A stretch of DNA of 64,000 nt from Candidatus Hermodarchaeum yapensis (GTDB taxonomy: Archaea; Asgardarchaeota; Hermodarchaeia; Hermodarchaeales; Hermodarchaeaceae): positions 64,001 through 128,000 of the forward strand of contig JAEOSK010000001.1 in assembly GCA_016840405.1 (NCBI GenBank), written 5' to 3'. The notes under the pieces are model-generated. The model did not search any database. It saw only the letters and a program-made list of their open reading frames with translations, and had not been told where the DNA came from. Position numbers and translations under genes: made by a program. Of this stretch, positions 16,457 to 27,161 are shown in pieces (within the stretch, counting starts at the first letter, position 1; every line of letters begins with the position of its first letter).

Positions 16457-19400
16457 TTAGCTCCGAAGACGGATTTCTTGAGAAGCCGAAATCCATCGAG
16501 GTCCAAGCGTTCGGTTAAAGAGTGAAATGTAACTAGCTTGATCACTAACCACGGCAACAATTTCACCCTGGTCCACTGCTGTTGGAGCAATAAGGACTTC
16601 TTCACCATCACGTGATCCTCCATAAAATTTCATTACAGGATTATCCCAAATTCGGATATTCCCTTGTTGGAGGAGTTTCTTCGCGCTTGTCTTATGTTTA
16701 TCACCATCAAGAGTAGTAATTATATGAACACGACTTTGGGGCTTGACCTTACTCAGTTCATCGATTGGCACTTCCTCAAAGGAAGGATACACCAACGTGA
16801 CTGTCTCGTTGACACGTCGAAACATTTCCAACAGATGGTTCTGAACACCCTCACAGGTTACTACTATGCCAGTTCGTTCGACCTCAGCGAGTTGAAGAGT
16901 AGAAAGCGTTTCCCATAAACCAGCTAGGATTTGTTCAGTACCAGTGGCTTGGTTCCGGAGGCGCTCTAGGATGGGCTCTGTTTTCATCGAAAAGAGCTGC
17001 AATGTATTAACTGATGTGGTTTCTGCTGATTTTGCTTTAGATGTAATTTCTTTGGCAAGAGTTTGGTATTCGGTTTTCAGAGTTTGTCGCTCTTTGCTCA
17101 ATGTCCGGCTTATCCTTCTCCCCGTTTGTTGTGTCTGAGCAACCAATCCTTCTTCTGCGGTTTCTGTGATTTGTTGTACCGCCGCTAGAATATTACTACT
17201 CCTTTGATTAATATCGGTCAATGCGGTCTCTTCGAATTGTTGCATCACCTCATTCGTATGACGAATATTATCTTGGGTGGCACGAGCCAACCGGGTCTTA
17301 ATCAAATCGAGGGATTTTGCATGGCTTTGAAGGCTTTGTTCAATATCCTGGCCAAATGCTGTTTTGAGTTTCTCATTGTCTTCATCGATAGCTTGACTTG
17401 TATCAGAAATAATTTTGCTTAGCTCTCTTTGAGAGCCAGAAAGTGTCGATGTGCTCAACTCAATAAGCTGATCTAGGGTTGCATTTACGCTATTACCTAA
17501 AGCGGATAACTTCTCTCGTAGCTGGTCTGACAGAGTGTTGGTGTGTGTAGTCAAACTACTCTGTTGAGCCTGAATTATCTCCGCACCTTTTGATACGGTT
17601 TGATTTTTGGTTTCTTCTAACACCATTTCAATTTGTTCGCTTGTAAGAACAGATCCTTCCTTTCCTTCTTCAGCAATTTGTGTCAGTTGATCGATTAATT
17701 GAGTTTGAATCGTATTAAGCTCTTCAACAAAGGATTGAAACACAGATGAACTCTCTTTACTAAGTGATGCTTGTTGGTCATCAATAGCAGTTAGCAAATT
17801 CACTTTATTCATTTCAAGCAGTTTACTTGATTCTGTGTTAATCGTTTCACTAGTGCTTCCAATTGCCTCAACCAGTTTGGAAGCAACAGTTTGTAATTGT
17901 ACAAGCTCCTGCTGGAGAGTAGACACATAGTCTTCAGTTTCATCCAAAAGTGCAGTAGCAAAGGTTCCTAAGTGTTTATCAATTGCATTTCGTTGCTCAT
18001 CAATTTTCGAAGCACAAGTTTGCCCAATATTCTCAATTATGTCCTGGGTACTAGTAATTTGGTTTTGATCAAAATTCTTTAGTTGGGTTTGAATTTCAGA
18101 AATTGTCGCAGTCACAGTCGCACTTTGTTCACGGATTAGGTCTCGCATGTGATCAACTATGTCTTCTGCGCGTTTGGTTTGTGATTCTGATTCGTTTTGA
18201 ACGCTTTCCACAAATTTGTCAGCTGTTTGACGAATTGCAGAAAGGTTGGAGTCAGTTGCTGTTTCAATCTCGTCTGACATTGTCTCCATTTTTTGCGTCA
18301 AGATGGTTTCTTGAGCGCTAATATCCTCGACTAATCCTTCCAGTAGAGTTTCTGTTTCATTAAGCTGGGCAAGGCAATCTTCTTGCATTTCATTGATTCC
18401 CTGAGTAAGTTGTTCATTGAATCCTGTTTTCTCGCGTTCAAAGGCTTGAGCTGTGGCTGTCAGTAAATTCCCTGCATCATCTCCAAAATTCGCGAGCGTC
18501 GTGGAAACATTCACCGTTGCTTGATCAACAGCCGAACCAATAGCTGTATTAAGGGCATTAAGATTCGCTGCGATATTAGACGAATAGTCATCCATTATCT
18601 TGGTAATGGGCAGCCAATAACGATCAACTCGTGTTTTCACACGCGTATCATACTTTTCAAGAGCCTCACCTAGCTTAGTTTCAAGGGCTTGAATTGTGGA
18701 GCTTACAGGAGGCGCCTGAGTATCTTGATATTCTCGGAGTTTTTCTGACAATTGAGTTCGAAGACGTTTATCTAAGCTATTTTGAAACGCAGTATTTGCT
18801 TGAACTTCCAGATCTGCATAACTGTTTGTGAGGGTTGTTTGATAGTTTTCTACTGCTGTGCTGGAACCTTTCTTCACAAGGTTGGTAAGTGTAATTTTCA
18901 AGTCATTGCTGTAATTAGCATAGAGTAGCTGTTCATGAAGGGATCTGAGTTTGGTTGCGATGTTTTTCGCATAGTCTTTTTGTTGTTTTTCAAGAATAGA
19001 TTGATAATCAACGAAGATTGACTGGGGAGTAATGACCTGGCTGTGAAGATGCTGTTCAGCTAATCCTGGGAGTAGTTCTTGAGGGAGTTGTTGCAGGGTC
19101 GAAAGTGTTTCTTCAAATATTGTTGAAATTTGTGATTCCCGGTCAGTTTGATTGCGGAGTTTCTCTCGAAATTCATCCAAAATGACAGTTAATTCGTTTG
19201 TGAGTTTATCACGAACCATCTTCTTCTCTTTTGGTAAAAGGGTCTTTGGAAGGGCAAGAACTCGGTTCACGGTTTTTTGGAATAGGGTGTCTATTTGTTT
19301 TTCTCGCTTAATCTGCCGTGATACTTTCGTTTTACAATTACGAAGATTGGCAGTTATCTGAGTTGAGAATTCTTCGTTTATTAACTCGATGAGCTTTTGG

Positions 19401-21844
19401 GTTTGCTCATCTTGTATTGTATTGAATTCTTCACGGGTCTTTTTGAAAATTGTATCAGATTGTTTGTTGAAAGCTGCGTATTGTTTTGCAGTAAAGTCTT
19501 GAAATGCTGTCAAGAGTGTATCAAGTTGTGTTTTTATGCTCAAGATGATTTTCTTGTTAATTCTCTTGAGTGCAGCTTTTGTTACTTGCTTTCTTCCAGC
19601 TAATTGGGCGGTTTTGGCTGCTTGCTTTTCCAAGGTTGTTTGTTTGTTTTTCAGTGTGGTCTTGTAACCATCTAAGGCTGCTAGGGCATTTGGAGGTATT
19701 ATTTCTGAAAGAGAGGTAGTTAGACCATTGATTACTTTTAGATCTCTGTTGGTTAACTGAGTTGAATGGGATTGAACGGCCTTAGCAATCGCTGCTTCTC
19801 GTTTATCTTGAATTTCAATAATTGAGGGCTGAAACTCTGCAATTGCGGTTTCAACTTTGGCAATCTGTTCCTGTCTTAAACGGGTTGCAGTGGTTTCAAC
19901 ACCATCAGAGTATTGTTTCACAATATTTTCAAGTTGGGAAAATTCCCTTTGCAACTCTGAGGTTGATGTGTTCGTGATTTTATTCAAGGCTGCTTTAAAT
20001 GTACGCAGCTGTTTATCTACAATTTGTTGAGTCTTGGTGGCTTTAGTGATATTTTCTGCTGCTGCCTGTTTAACTGCCTTCTGGGTTTGTCTAATCCTGT
20101 CTTGAGCATATTGACCGATTTGATCCTTAGTTGTTTTTAGGCTAACAAGCACAACGTTTCTTTCTTGGTTTACCAGTTTTTGGACCCGTTTACTAAGAGT
20201 ACGACTCTGTTCTTCTTGTAATGCAATTTTCGATTGGAAATCGGTGAGAAACGATTCAGTAGTTTTTTGGGCAGTTGTCAACCGTCGTTTTAGCCGTTTT
20301 CCAATCTGGCCTCCCATGGATTTGAAATTCTTTTGCAGAGTGGTTTGTGTTGCAGCAAAATTCTTGATTATTGATTGGAGGAGAGTGCGTACTTCAAGAA
20401 GGTGGGAAAGGTAAGCATCCCTCATTTCGATACCTAAACCTTCACTGGCGGCCTCAAGGATTTGTTCATGTTCTAATTTCACTTGTTCTGTAAGCGCGGC
20501 TAAATCAAATTTGATTTTTGAGAACTGATTAAACGTGAGTGCAGAAGGTGGCCATTGAGCAATAGTTGTGCTCGCTTCTTTATGCAACCCTTGGAATCCC
20601 CGGCTAGTGGTTTCAAATGACTTCTGCAACTCTTGAAAGAGGGAATTAGTGATTTGAACAGAAGTTTTTCGGGAGGTATTTATTGTAGTTTCCATTTCAG
20701 TTGCGGTTTTATTTGCTCTCTGTGTTAAACGGCGGCCATCTTTCTTCAGCGCCTTCTCCATTTGTACTACAGTTTCATTCAATGCCTGGGTTCGTCGCGT
20801 CCAAACATCAAAAACTTGAGTGTTGATATCTTGAATGCTCTTTGAGAGGGTTTTTTCAATGCCTGCTTGAAAAGTTTTGAGGGCTTGTTGTGATTCTTGA
20901 CTATAGGTGTCGATTTTGCTTGTAAGATCAATAGCAGTTTCGTCTGTAATTTCTGATGTACCTTCTTTTTGTGTCGTAATTCCTGCTGATAATGTCTTGA
21001 GGGTGGAATCAACACTTCTCTGGTAAACGGAGTCGGCGTCTTCAAGGTGTGATTTCACTTGTTGGGTACAGGTATCCGCTTGATTGAGTACACGGTCTGC
21101 AATTGTTGTGGTCCATTGTTCTGTTTCCTCTCTGTGAGTTTCCATCGCCTTGTTGGCATCGTCCAAAGCTAGTTTCTGGGTGTCCTCGAATTGCTTTTTT
21201 CCCTCTCCTATTGTTTGTTTAAGAGATTGTTGCAGAGCAATTGTTTGATTTGATAGTTCATCGGTGCTTGAAGCAGAAAGATTGGTCAAAGCTTTTTGAA
21301 GGTTTTCAGAAACATTGCTCAAAACAATATTTGTGGTCATCGCGGCTTCATTCAATGCAATTCCCTGTCGCTCATTCAGATGTTCCAAGGATGAACGGAT
21401 CTGTCTGGTCATGGACTGTAATTCGCTGTGTATCTCGTCTGTGGTTTTGTTTTGAAGTTTTTGTAATTCTTTCCATGACGCCCGAGTTTCCTTAGAAAAT
21501 GCTTGAACTTCATTAGCTAGTTCCTTATAGGGTGCAAAAGCTCGGTAACGAGCAACCACGCCGGGGAGCGGTTTGACCAACTGTTTCTTCACGAGTGCGG
21601 CGATTGTACTCTCGACTTTGACTAGAGGAACGCCTGAATAGAGACTTATTTCTCCGGGTGTTAGTCGGCCCATAATTAGCAAAGCCGTGTATACTCGGCT
21701 CTGTGGCTCAGAAAGTTTAAATTGGACCTGCAATGCTAAAAGCAAGTCCGGAGAAATCTCAATTGGTGCTGGGCACTGTGGAGAACTTGCCTTCTCCCTT
21801 TCTGGGGCTGGAGGGGGGTTAGAATTACCTTCTTGTGGCGTCAT
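16457..21844 (-). CDS. TrmB-type HTH protein with ~1500-aa helical/coiled-coil insert and C-terminal TrmB-like effector domain
   Basis: LSEPQSRVYTALL..G.LTPGEIS..SGVP..KV...IAALVKKQLV (TrmB wHTH); long Q/T/E/K/L helical region; C-terminal V.NHLLEMFRR....V.LVYP..RDGEEVLIAP. Confidence 0.8.
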   Translation of the reverse strand: MTPQEGNSNPPPAPEREKASSPQCPAPIEISPDLLLALQVQFKLSEPQSRVYTALLIMGRLTPGEISLYSGVPLVKVESTIAALVKKQLVKPLPGVVARYRAFAPYKELANEVQAFSKETRASWKELQKLQNKTTDEIHSELQSMTRQIRSSLEHLNERQGIALNEAAMTTNIVLSNVSENLQKALTNLSASSTDELSNQTIALQQSLKQTIGEGKKQFEDTQKLALDDANKAMETHREETEQWTTTIADRVLNQADTCTQQVKSHLEDADSVYQRSVDSTLKTLSAGITTQKEGTSEITDETAIDLTSKIDTYSQESQQALKTFQAGIEKTLSKSIQDINTQVFDVWTRRTQALNETVVQMEKALKKDGRRLTQRANKTATEMETTINTSRKTSVQITNSLFQELQKSFETTSRGFQGLHKEASTTIAQWPPSALTFNQFSKIKFDLAALTEQVKLEHEQILEAASEGLGIEMRDAYLSHLLEVRTLLQSIIKNFAATQTTLQKNFKSMGGQIGKRLKRRLTTAQKTTESFLTDFQSKIALQEEQSRTLSKRVQKLVNQERNVVLVSLKTTKDQIGQYAQDRIRQTQKAVKQAAAENITKATKTQQIVDKQLRTFKAALNKITNTSTSELQREFSQLENIVKQYSDGVETTATRLRQEQIAKVETAIAEFQPSIIEIQDKREAAIAKAVQSHSTQLTNRDLKVINGLTTSLSEIIPPNALAALDGYKTTLKNKQTTLEKQAAKTAQLAGRKQVTKAALKRINKKIILSIKTQLDTLLTAFQDFTAKQYAAFNKQSDTIFKKTREEFNTIQDEQTQKLIELINEEFSTQITANLRNCKTKVSRQIKREKQIDTLFQKTVNRVLALPKTLLPKEKKMVRDKLTNELTVILDEFREKLRNQTDRESQISTIFEETLSTLQQLPQELLPGLAEQHLHSQVITPQSIFVDYQSILEKQQKDYAKNIATKLRSLHEQLLYANYSNDLKITLTNLVKKGSSTAVENYQTTLTNSYADLEVQANTAFQNSLDKRLRTQLSEKLREYQDTQAPPVSSTIQALETKLGEALEKYDTRVKTRVDRYWLPITKIMDDYSSNIAANLNALNTAIGSAVDQATVNVSTTLANFGDDAGNLLTATAQAFEREKTGFNEQLTQGINEMQEDCLAQLNETETLLEGLVEDISAQETILTQKMETMSDEIETATDSNLSAIRQTADKFVESVQNESESQTKRAEDIVDHMRDLIREQSATVTATISEIQTQLKNFDQNQITSTQDIIENIGQTCASKIDEQRNAIDKHLGTFATALLDETEDYVSTLQQELVQLQTVASKLVEAIGSTSETINTESSKLLEMNKVNLLTAIDDQQASLSKESSSVFQSFVEELNTIQTQLIDQLTQIAEEGKEGSVLTSEQIEMVLEETKNQTVSKGAEIIQAQQSSLTTHTNTLSDQLREKLSALGNSVNATLDQLIELSTSTLSGSQRELSKIISDTSQAIDEDNEKLKTAFGQDIEQSLQSHAKSLDLIKTRLARATQDNIRHTNEVMQQFEETALTDINQRSSNILAAVQQITETAEEGLVAQTQQTGRRISRTLSKERQTLKTEYQTLAKEITSKAKSAETTSVNTLQLFSMKTEPILERLRNQATGTEQILAGLWETLSTLQLAEVERTGIVVTCEGVQNHLLEMFRRVNETVTLVYPSFEEVPIDELSKVKPQSRVHIITTLDGDKHKTSAKKLLQQGNIRIWDNPVMKFYGGSRDGEEVLIAPTAVDQGEIVAVVSDQASYISLFNRTLGPRWISASQEIRLRS

Positions 21845-21963
21845 ATCTTATCACCAAATCAATTCCACGGTTGCTTACGTAAGAGGTGGATGGAATCGAC
21901 TGCTGCGATAGTACTTGTTTCTCGTACCCCTCTATAAGGATGCCGCGCCTTTGATGTTAAAAT

Positions 21964-23139
21964 TTAGTAACTTTCTTTGAGCATTTGTTCTTGAGCTGCT
22001 AAAACTCCAGAACCAATGGGTACATCATAGCCAAGACGTTTCAGTACTACCTCAATGATAGCGATTGTTGCTAACACGTCTCGTTCAGTACAGATGTTCA
22101 TGTGGTTAGTTCGCCAAATCTTTCCTTTGACTGGACCTTGACCACCTGCAATGAGAATTCCCAGATTACGAACTTGATTCCGAAATTCCTTGTCAGTAAT
22201 GCCGCCTGGATATCTGACGGCTGTTACAGTGTTAGAATAAAAGGCGGGGTCAGCAAGGAGGTCAAGACCCATCCCAAGGTATCCTGCCCGAGTAATTCTT
22301 CCTAAACGGCGATGACGTTCAATTCGCTGTTCATAGCCTTCCTCAAACATTAAGGTCAGAGACTCGTGGAGTCCGTACATGAGGGTGACTGCCGAGGTGA
22401 AAGGTGAATCGCCAAAACTGTCATAGCGCTTCTTCGCCTTTACCAAATCAAGGTAGTAAGTGGGGTTCGGCTGTTTTCGAGTATCAATCTTTTTCCAGGC
22501 ACGTGAACCCACCCAGATAACTCCAAGGCCCGGTGGCACACCAAGGCATTTCTGGCTTCCTGTAACCAAAATGTCAAAATTCCACTTATCTGGATAAACG
22601 TAATCTCCACCAACAGATGTGATACCATCAACAATGAGGAGGCGGTCATAATCACGCACAATCTGGCCGATTTCTTTGGCTGGATTAAGAACACCTGTTG
22701 ACGTTTCGTTGTGACAAATCGTTACTGCCCTAATTGAAGCATCTGAAGCTAACGCTTCGCGTACAGCCTCGGGGCTAGCTGCTTGACCGTAAGTAACCTC
22801 CTGTAGTTCAGATTTTGCACCAAATGCTGTAGTAATTTCTTGCCAGCGTTCACTAAATTTTCCGTTGATCACGTTTAGAACTTTTTCGCCGGGTTCAATC
22901 GCATTTGCAATAGCCGCTTCCATCGCAGCCGTTCCCGATCCCGCAAACAATAACACGTCTTGTTCTGTCTGAAGTAACCGTTGTAGGAGTCCAACTGTCT
23001 CTTTGTAGGTGGTCTGGTACTCTTTTGTTCGATGACCATATATGACTCGTGACATCGCCCGATAAACACGTGGGTGAATCGGTACAGGTCCAGGAATCAT
23101 CAGGGTGGTAAGCTCTTCATCATACATGTTAATACACAC
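21964..23139 (-). CDS. class V PLP aminotransferase (alanine-glyoxylate/serine-pyruvate/archaeal aspartate aminotransferase family)
   Basis: LMIPGPVP, GSGTAAMEAA, HNETSTGVLN, VDGITS.GG, GSQKCLGVPPG. Confidence 0.93.
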   Translation of the reverse strand: MCINMYDEELTTLMIPGPVPIHPRVYRAMSRVIYGHRTKEYQTTYKETVGLLQRLLQTEQDVLLFAGSGTAAMEAAIANAIEPGEKVLNVINGKFSERWQEITTAFGAKSELQEVTYGQAASPEAVREALASDASIRAVTICHNETSTGVLNPAKEIGQIVRDYDRLLIVDGITSVGGDYVYPDKWNFDILVTGSQKCLGVPPGLGVIWVGSRAWKKIDTRKQPNPTYYLDLVKAKKRYDSFGDSPFTSAVTLMYGLHESLTLMFEEGYEQRIERHRRLGRITRAGYLGMGLDLLADPAFYSNTVTAVRYPGGITDKEFRNQVRNLGILIAGGQGPVKGKIWRTNHMNICTERDVLATIAIIEVVLKRLGYDVPIGSGVLAAQEQMLKESY

Positions 23140-23232
23140 CTGTCAACACTCATGCCCCCGCTGAACATTTTCCGTTATAAGCCTTTGTGTTAGGATTGAG
23201 TCTCAATTTTTCCTCTAATTATAAGAACTGAG

Positions 23233-24891
23233 TTATGCAGGAAAGTGACGGTATTTCAGGTAAGTTAATGCTTCGTAGAAGTATTTTCCACCAAACACAC
23301 CACTCGTTTTCAGGCCACCGAGGTGTGGGAAGAACGTGTCGAAGTGAAGATGATCAGAGTTAATGGCTACTCCTGGTGCTTCAATTTCGTCGAAGAAACG
23401 TTGCCAAATTGTTGGATCTTCGCTGTACACCGAAGTTCGAATACCGTATGGTGTATTATTCGCCTGATTCATTGCCTCTTCAAAAGTGCGAATCTTCATG
23501 ATAGGCAACACAGGCCCAAAGGTCTCTTGATACCATATCTGACACTCGAGGGGCACATCACTAAGAATAGTAGGCTTGTAAAAAAGGCCCGCCTCATCAC
23601 GTTCTCCGGAGACGTTAATTCGATAGCCACCTACTTCTAATTTAGCTCCTTTTTTCAAAGCCTCTTGGGTCATATCAATCACTTGATACAATGCCCTACT
23701 CCCAACGATGGGTAAATCGGTTTTAGGATCTGCTGGAATGCCTGGCTGCAATTGTTCACTTTCCTCGACTAGAGCTTTGATGAATTCATCATAGATGGCT
23801 TCGTGGAGAAAGAGCCGTTTGGCAGCAAGACAAATTTGTCCTGAACCAAAGAACCTCGCTTGTGTCACAAAGTTGGCTACTTTATCAATGTCAACATCTT
23901 TCCATACGAGGCTGGCTCCACTTCCAGCAAGTTCAGGTACAAAATGTATTCCTCGCTTAATCGCCTGCCCCATTAACTGTAATCCAATTTGTGAATCACC
24001 ATAGTAGACCATTGCATTCAGTGGTGCTTCGTTCACCATATACTGGGCTATTGGTCTAGCAGGTCCAATAACGGCTTGAAATGCGCTAACTGGAAAGTCT
24101 AGCGTTTTCATGGCATCACGGAGAACATAGGCAAGTTCCATATTCGTCAATGGCATCCGGGCAGGAGTTCGGGTCACATTTGCGTTCCCAGCATAGTAGG
24201 AACTTACAATCGCCGTAAATCCAAGGCCTAATGCTGCGTTGTAAGGTGGGAAAATACCGACTGCACCGAAGGGATACCTTGTTAGAATGGTCCTCTCTCC
24301 CTCGATGGAACAGGGGATTTCTTTTGGGCCTAATCGTTCAGTTATGAACTCTGCTTTTTCTTTGCAAAGCGTTTTGAAGACTTTTGTTGTCTGCCAGTCA
24401 AATAATTTGACAGGTGTCCCCTCAGCAATTCCAATTTTCTTAAACTCTTCATAATGTTTCCACATGAAATCATGTAATGAGAGGATGCTTTCCATTCGGT
24501 CCTGAAGGCTCAATCCTTTCCCGTTTTCTTCGAGTTCACGGTGCATTAATCCACGAATTTGGGCTGCTTCTTCACAAGCCTCAGCTGTTTCTTTCACTCC
24601 CCCAATGGCATACTCAGCAAAAATAATCTCATCAATTTCTTCTTTCTTTGCTTTGGGGTACCCATGGACACGAATGTGATCTTTGAGCAAACGAATTTCA
24701 GGAACTTTTTCTGGTAGCATTCCAGTGAAGTATCGTGCCGCAAATTGATTCAGAGAACTCTGATCCCGTAAAGCCATTGCAAAGAGAATTCGGGGATCAC
24801 CAATCGCCTTATTCATATCAGGAAATTTTCCAATACGTCCCTCATCGGGTTGGGATATTTCACCCTTTATCAGGTGCCCAAAGAATTGCAT
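23233..24891 (-). CDS. aldehyde dehydrogenase family protein (divergent)
   Basis: PFGAVGIFPPYN, ELAGS, SGQICLA (catalytic Cys), ETFGPV, ANNTPYG, GGLKTSG. Confidence 0.9.
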   Translation of the reverse strand: MQFFGHLIKGEISQPDEGRIGKFPDMNKAIGDPRILFAMALRDQSSLNQFAARYFTGMLPEKVPEIRLLKDHIRVHGYPKAKKEEIDEIIFAEYAIGGVKETAEACEEAAQIRGLMHRELEENGKGLSLQDRMESILSLHDFMWKHYEEFKKIGIAEGTPVKLFDWQTTKVFKTLCKEKAEFITERLGPKEIPCSIEGERTILTRYPFGAVGIFPPYNAALGLGFTAIVSSYYAGNANVTRTPARMPLTNMELAYVLRDAMKTLDFPVSAFQAVIGPARPIAQYMVNEAPLNAMVYYGDSQIGLQLMGQAIKRGIHFVPELAGSGASLVWKDVDIDKVANFVTQARFFGSGQICLAAKRLFLHEAIYDEFIKALVEESEQLQPGIPADPKTDLPIVGSRALYQVIDMTQEALKKGAKLEVGGYRINVSGERDEAGLFYKPTILSDVPLECQIWYQETFGPVLPIMKIRTFEEAMNQANNTPYGIRTSVYSEDPTIWQRFFDEIEAPGVAINSDHLHFDTFFPHLGGLKTSGVFGGKYFYEALTYLKYRHFPA

Positions 24892-25072
24892 GATAAAACG
24901 CCTTCTAGTTGTTGGTGGAATGTTGCGAGTTTGATAGAAGCTCGAAAGTACCTGTTCTTATGCATATCACTTACTCAAGAATTCTGCTTTCATCAGAACA
25001 GCTTTAATTGTTGAAAAAGGTAATCCTAACAGTTCCTTGAAAAACCCTAACTTGACAGGTGGAATTCGTGAA

Positions 25073-27103
25073 ATGACGCTCACCAACGATGATGAATTAA
25101 TTTACACGTCTGACGAACTTGAATTTCGTTCACATGTGCGTGAATTTGTAAATCGTGAAATCAAGCCCTTGGTCAAGCAGATTGAAGAAAGGAATTTCGA
25201 TTATCGTGGGTTTTTCAAAAAAATCGCTGACGCTGGGTTTTCAGGGTTGTTACTTCCCGAAAAGTATGGTGGGTCCAACAAGTCCTTGATGTATCAACTT
25301 ATTGCAGGGGAAGAAATCTCAGCTGTATCGCCATCTGCCTTGATGATGTTCGGAGCAAGTTGCATGTTGAGTGCAGTTCCTATACTCCGATTTGGCTCAG
25401 ATGAGCTAAAACAGCGATACCTTGTTCCCTTAGCCAAAGGTGAATCGATTGGGGCTTTAGCAGTAACAGAACCTGCTGTGGGAAGTGATACTGCTGGAAT
25501 GGAGACTCGCGCTGTTTGGAGTGAAAAGGAGAACTGTTGGATTCTCAATGGTGAAAAACGCTATATCACTAATGGGAGCATCGCTGACCAAATCATAGTC
25601 TTCGCAATTACTGATCCCAAAGTTGACAGCAAAAGTGGAATGTCTGCATTCATCATCGAATCAGCATGGAAAGGATTCTCTGTGGAAAGAGATTATTCAC
25701 TGATGGGACGGGGAGGAAGTTACGCATCACATATCCGATTTGAAAACCTGAAAGTGCCCAAAGAAAATCTACTCGGTAAGCTCAACCAAGGCTTTCTCAT
25801 CCTTATGGATGAATTAGATACAGAAAGGATCGGTATTGCCGCTGAAGCACTCGGTTGTATGCGAACTCCCTTCGAAATCGCTGTCACTTATTCACAAGAA
25901 CGTGTTCAATTTGACCGACCCATCTCTCGATTCGAAGGAATATCTTTCAAAGTTGCAGACATGGCCACCAAAATGCGTGCGGCCCGGCTCCTAATCGTGG
26001 CTGCAGCCCGAATGGTTGATCAAGGACTCCCCTGCACTAAAGAAGCCACCATGGCAAAACTCTTTGCTACCGAAGCAGCCGTCGAAGTGTGTGATCTCGC
26101 CATCCAAATCTGTGGTGGCGCAGGGTATGTCAAAGACTACTTCCCCTTGGAGCAGTTCTACCGCGATGCTCGTCTTGGAACCATTGGTGGTGGCACATCC
26201 GAAATCATGCGGTTTCTCATTCAACGAGAAGTGTATATTGAAGACAAACGCAGTAAAGCCCGGGCACAGGTCATGCCAGAGGTAGAAGAACTTGACTTCG
26301 ATACACTCATGACAGCAATTCCGAATGGCTTTCGTTCTGAACGCGCCGAAGGTGTAACCGCTAAAATTCAGTTCCTTTTTCCTGATCAAACCCCTTGGCT
26401 GATATCAATCAAGGATCAAGAGTGCAGTATCAAAAAGAAACAAATCAAAAATCCAACAATGACCGTGAAAACCGATTCTAATACGTGGAGAAGTATCCTT
26501 CTTGGGAAGCTTGATGCCATGCAAGCGATGACGACAAGCAAAATCGTCATTGACACTGATGATATGGATTTATTATTGAAATTTGCCCGCATGTTTCGGT
26601 TCACACCCGAAATCCTTCAAGATATCACTGCTAAATCCATACGCCCTCCGAAAACACCAGATAGAAGCGAATCAGAATTTAAGCTAGGTAAGAGCCTGAA
26701 TGAAATCAAAATCGGCGAGAAGGCACAAGGATCAATGAAGGTTACAGCCGAGCATATTGAATGGTACGCCAAACTATCAGGTGACTATAATCCTCTCCAT
26801 TTCAACGACGATTATGCCGCTACGACTATCTTTGGTCGACGAATCGCACATGGTCCAATTGGAGGCGCCCTAGTCGCTCAAATTCTTGGCATGCAATTAC
26901 CGGGCTTGGGCACACTGGCTTACAATATGAAGGTGAATTTCACTGCTCCTGTTTTTCCGGGGGATGAAATCACTGCCATAGTCGAAGCCACAGAAAAAGT
27001 GCCAAAGAAAAACCTGCTCCGACTTAGCTTCAATGTAGTAAATCAAAATGGACTCGAAGTGATGAACGGCTACGCTAATGTTCTCCCACCACTCAAAGAG
27101 TAG
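25073..27103 (+). CDS. acyl-CoA dehydrogenase-SCP2-MaoC (R-specific enoyl-CoA hydratase) fusion
   Basis: AVTEPAVGSD, NGEKRYITNG, ERVQFDRPI, GGAGY, IGGGTSEI; SCP2-like GKLDAMQAMTTSKI; MaoC SGDYNPLH..RIAHG; SD AGGTGG before ATG 25073. Confidence 0.9.
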   Translation: MTLTNDDELIYTSDELEFRSHVREFVNREIKPLVKQIEERNFDYRGFFKKIADAGFSGLLLPEKYGGSNKSLMYQLIAGEEISAVSPSALMMFGASCMLSAVPILRFGSDELKQRYLVPLAKGESIGALAVTEPAVGSDTAGMETRAVWSEKENCWILNGEKRYITNGSIADQIIVFAITDPKVDSKSGMSAFIIESAWKGFSVERDYSLMGRGGSYASHIRFENLKVPKENLLGKLNQGFLILMDELDTERIGIAAEALGCMRTPFEIAVTYSQERVQFDRPISRFEGISFKVADMATKMRAARLLIVAAARMVDQGLPCTKEATMAKLFATEAAVEVCDLAIQICGGAGYVKDYFPLEQFYRDARLGTIGGGTSEIMRFLIQREVYIEDKRSKARAQVMPEVEELDFDTLMTAIPNGFRSERAEGVTAKIQFLFPDQTPWLISIKDQECSIKKKQIKNPTMTVKTDSNTWRSILLGKLDAMQAMTTSKIVIDTDDMDLLLKFARMFRFTPEILQDITAKSIRPPKTPDRSESEFKLGKSLNEIKIGEKAQGSMKVTAEHIEWYAKLSGDYNPLHFNDDYAATTIFGRRIAHGPIGGALVAQILGMQLPGLGTLAYNMKVNFTAPVFPGDEITAIVEATEKVPKKNLLRLSFNVVNQNGLEVMNGYANVLPPLKE

Positions 27104-27161
27104 AATCGGTTTTTAACGAAATCTACACACAAAAGACATTGGTTCTCTTCTGAAAATTTAG

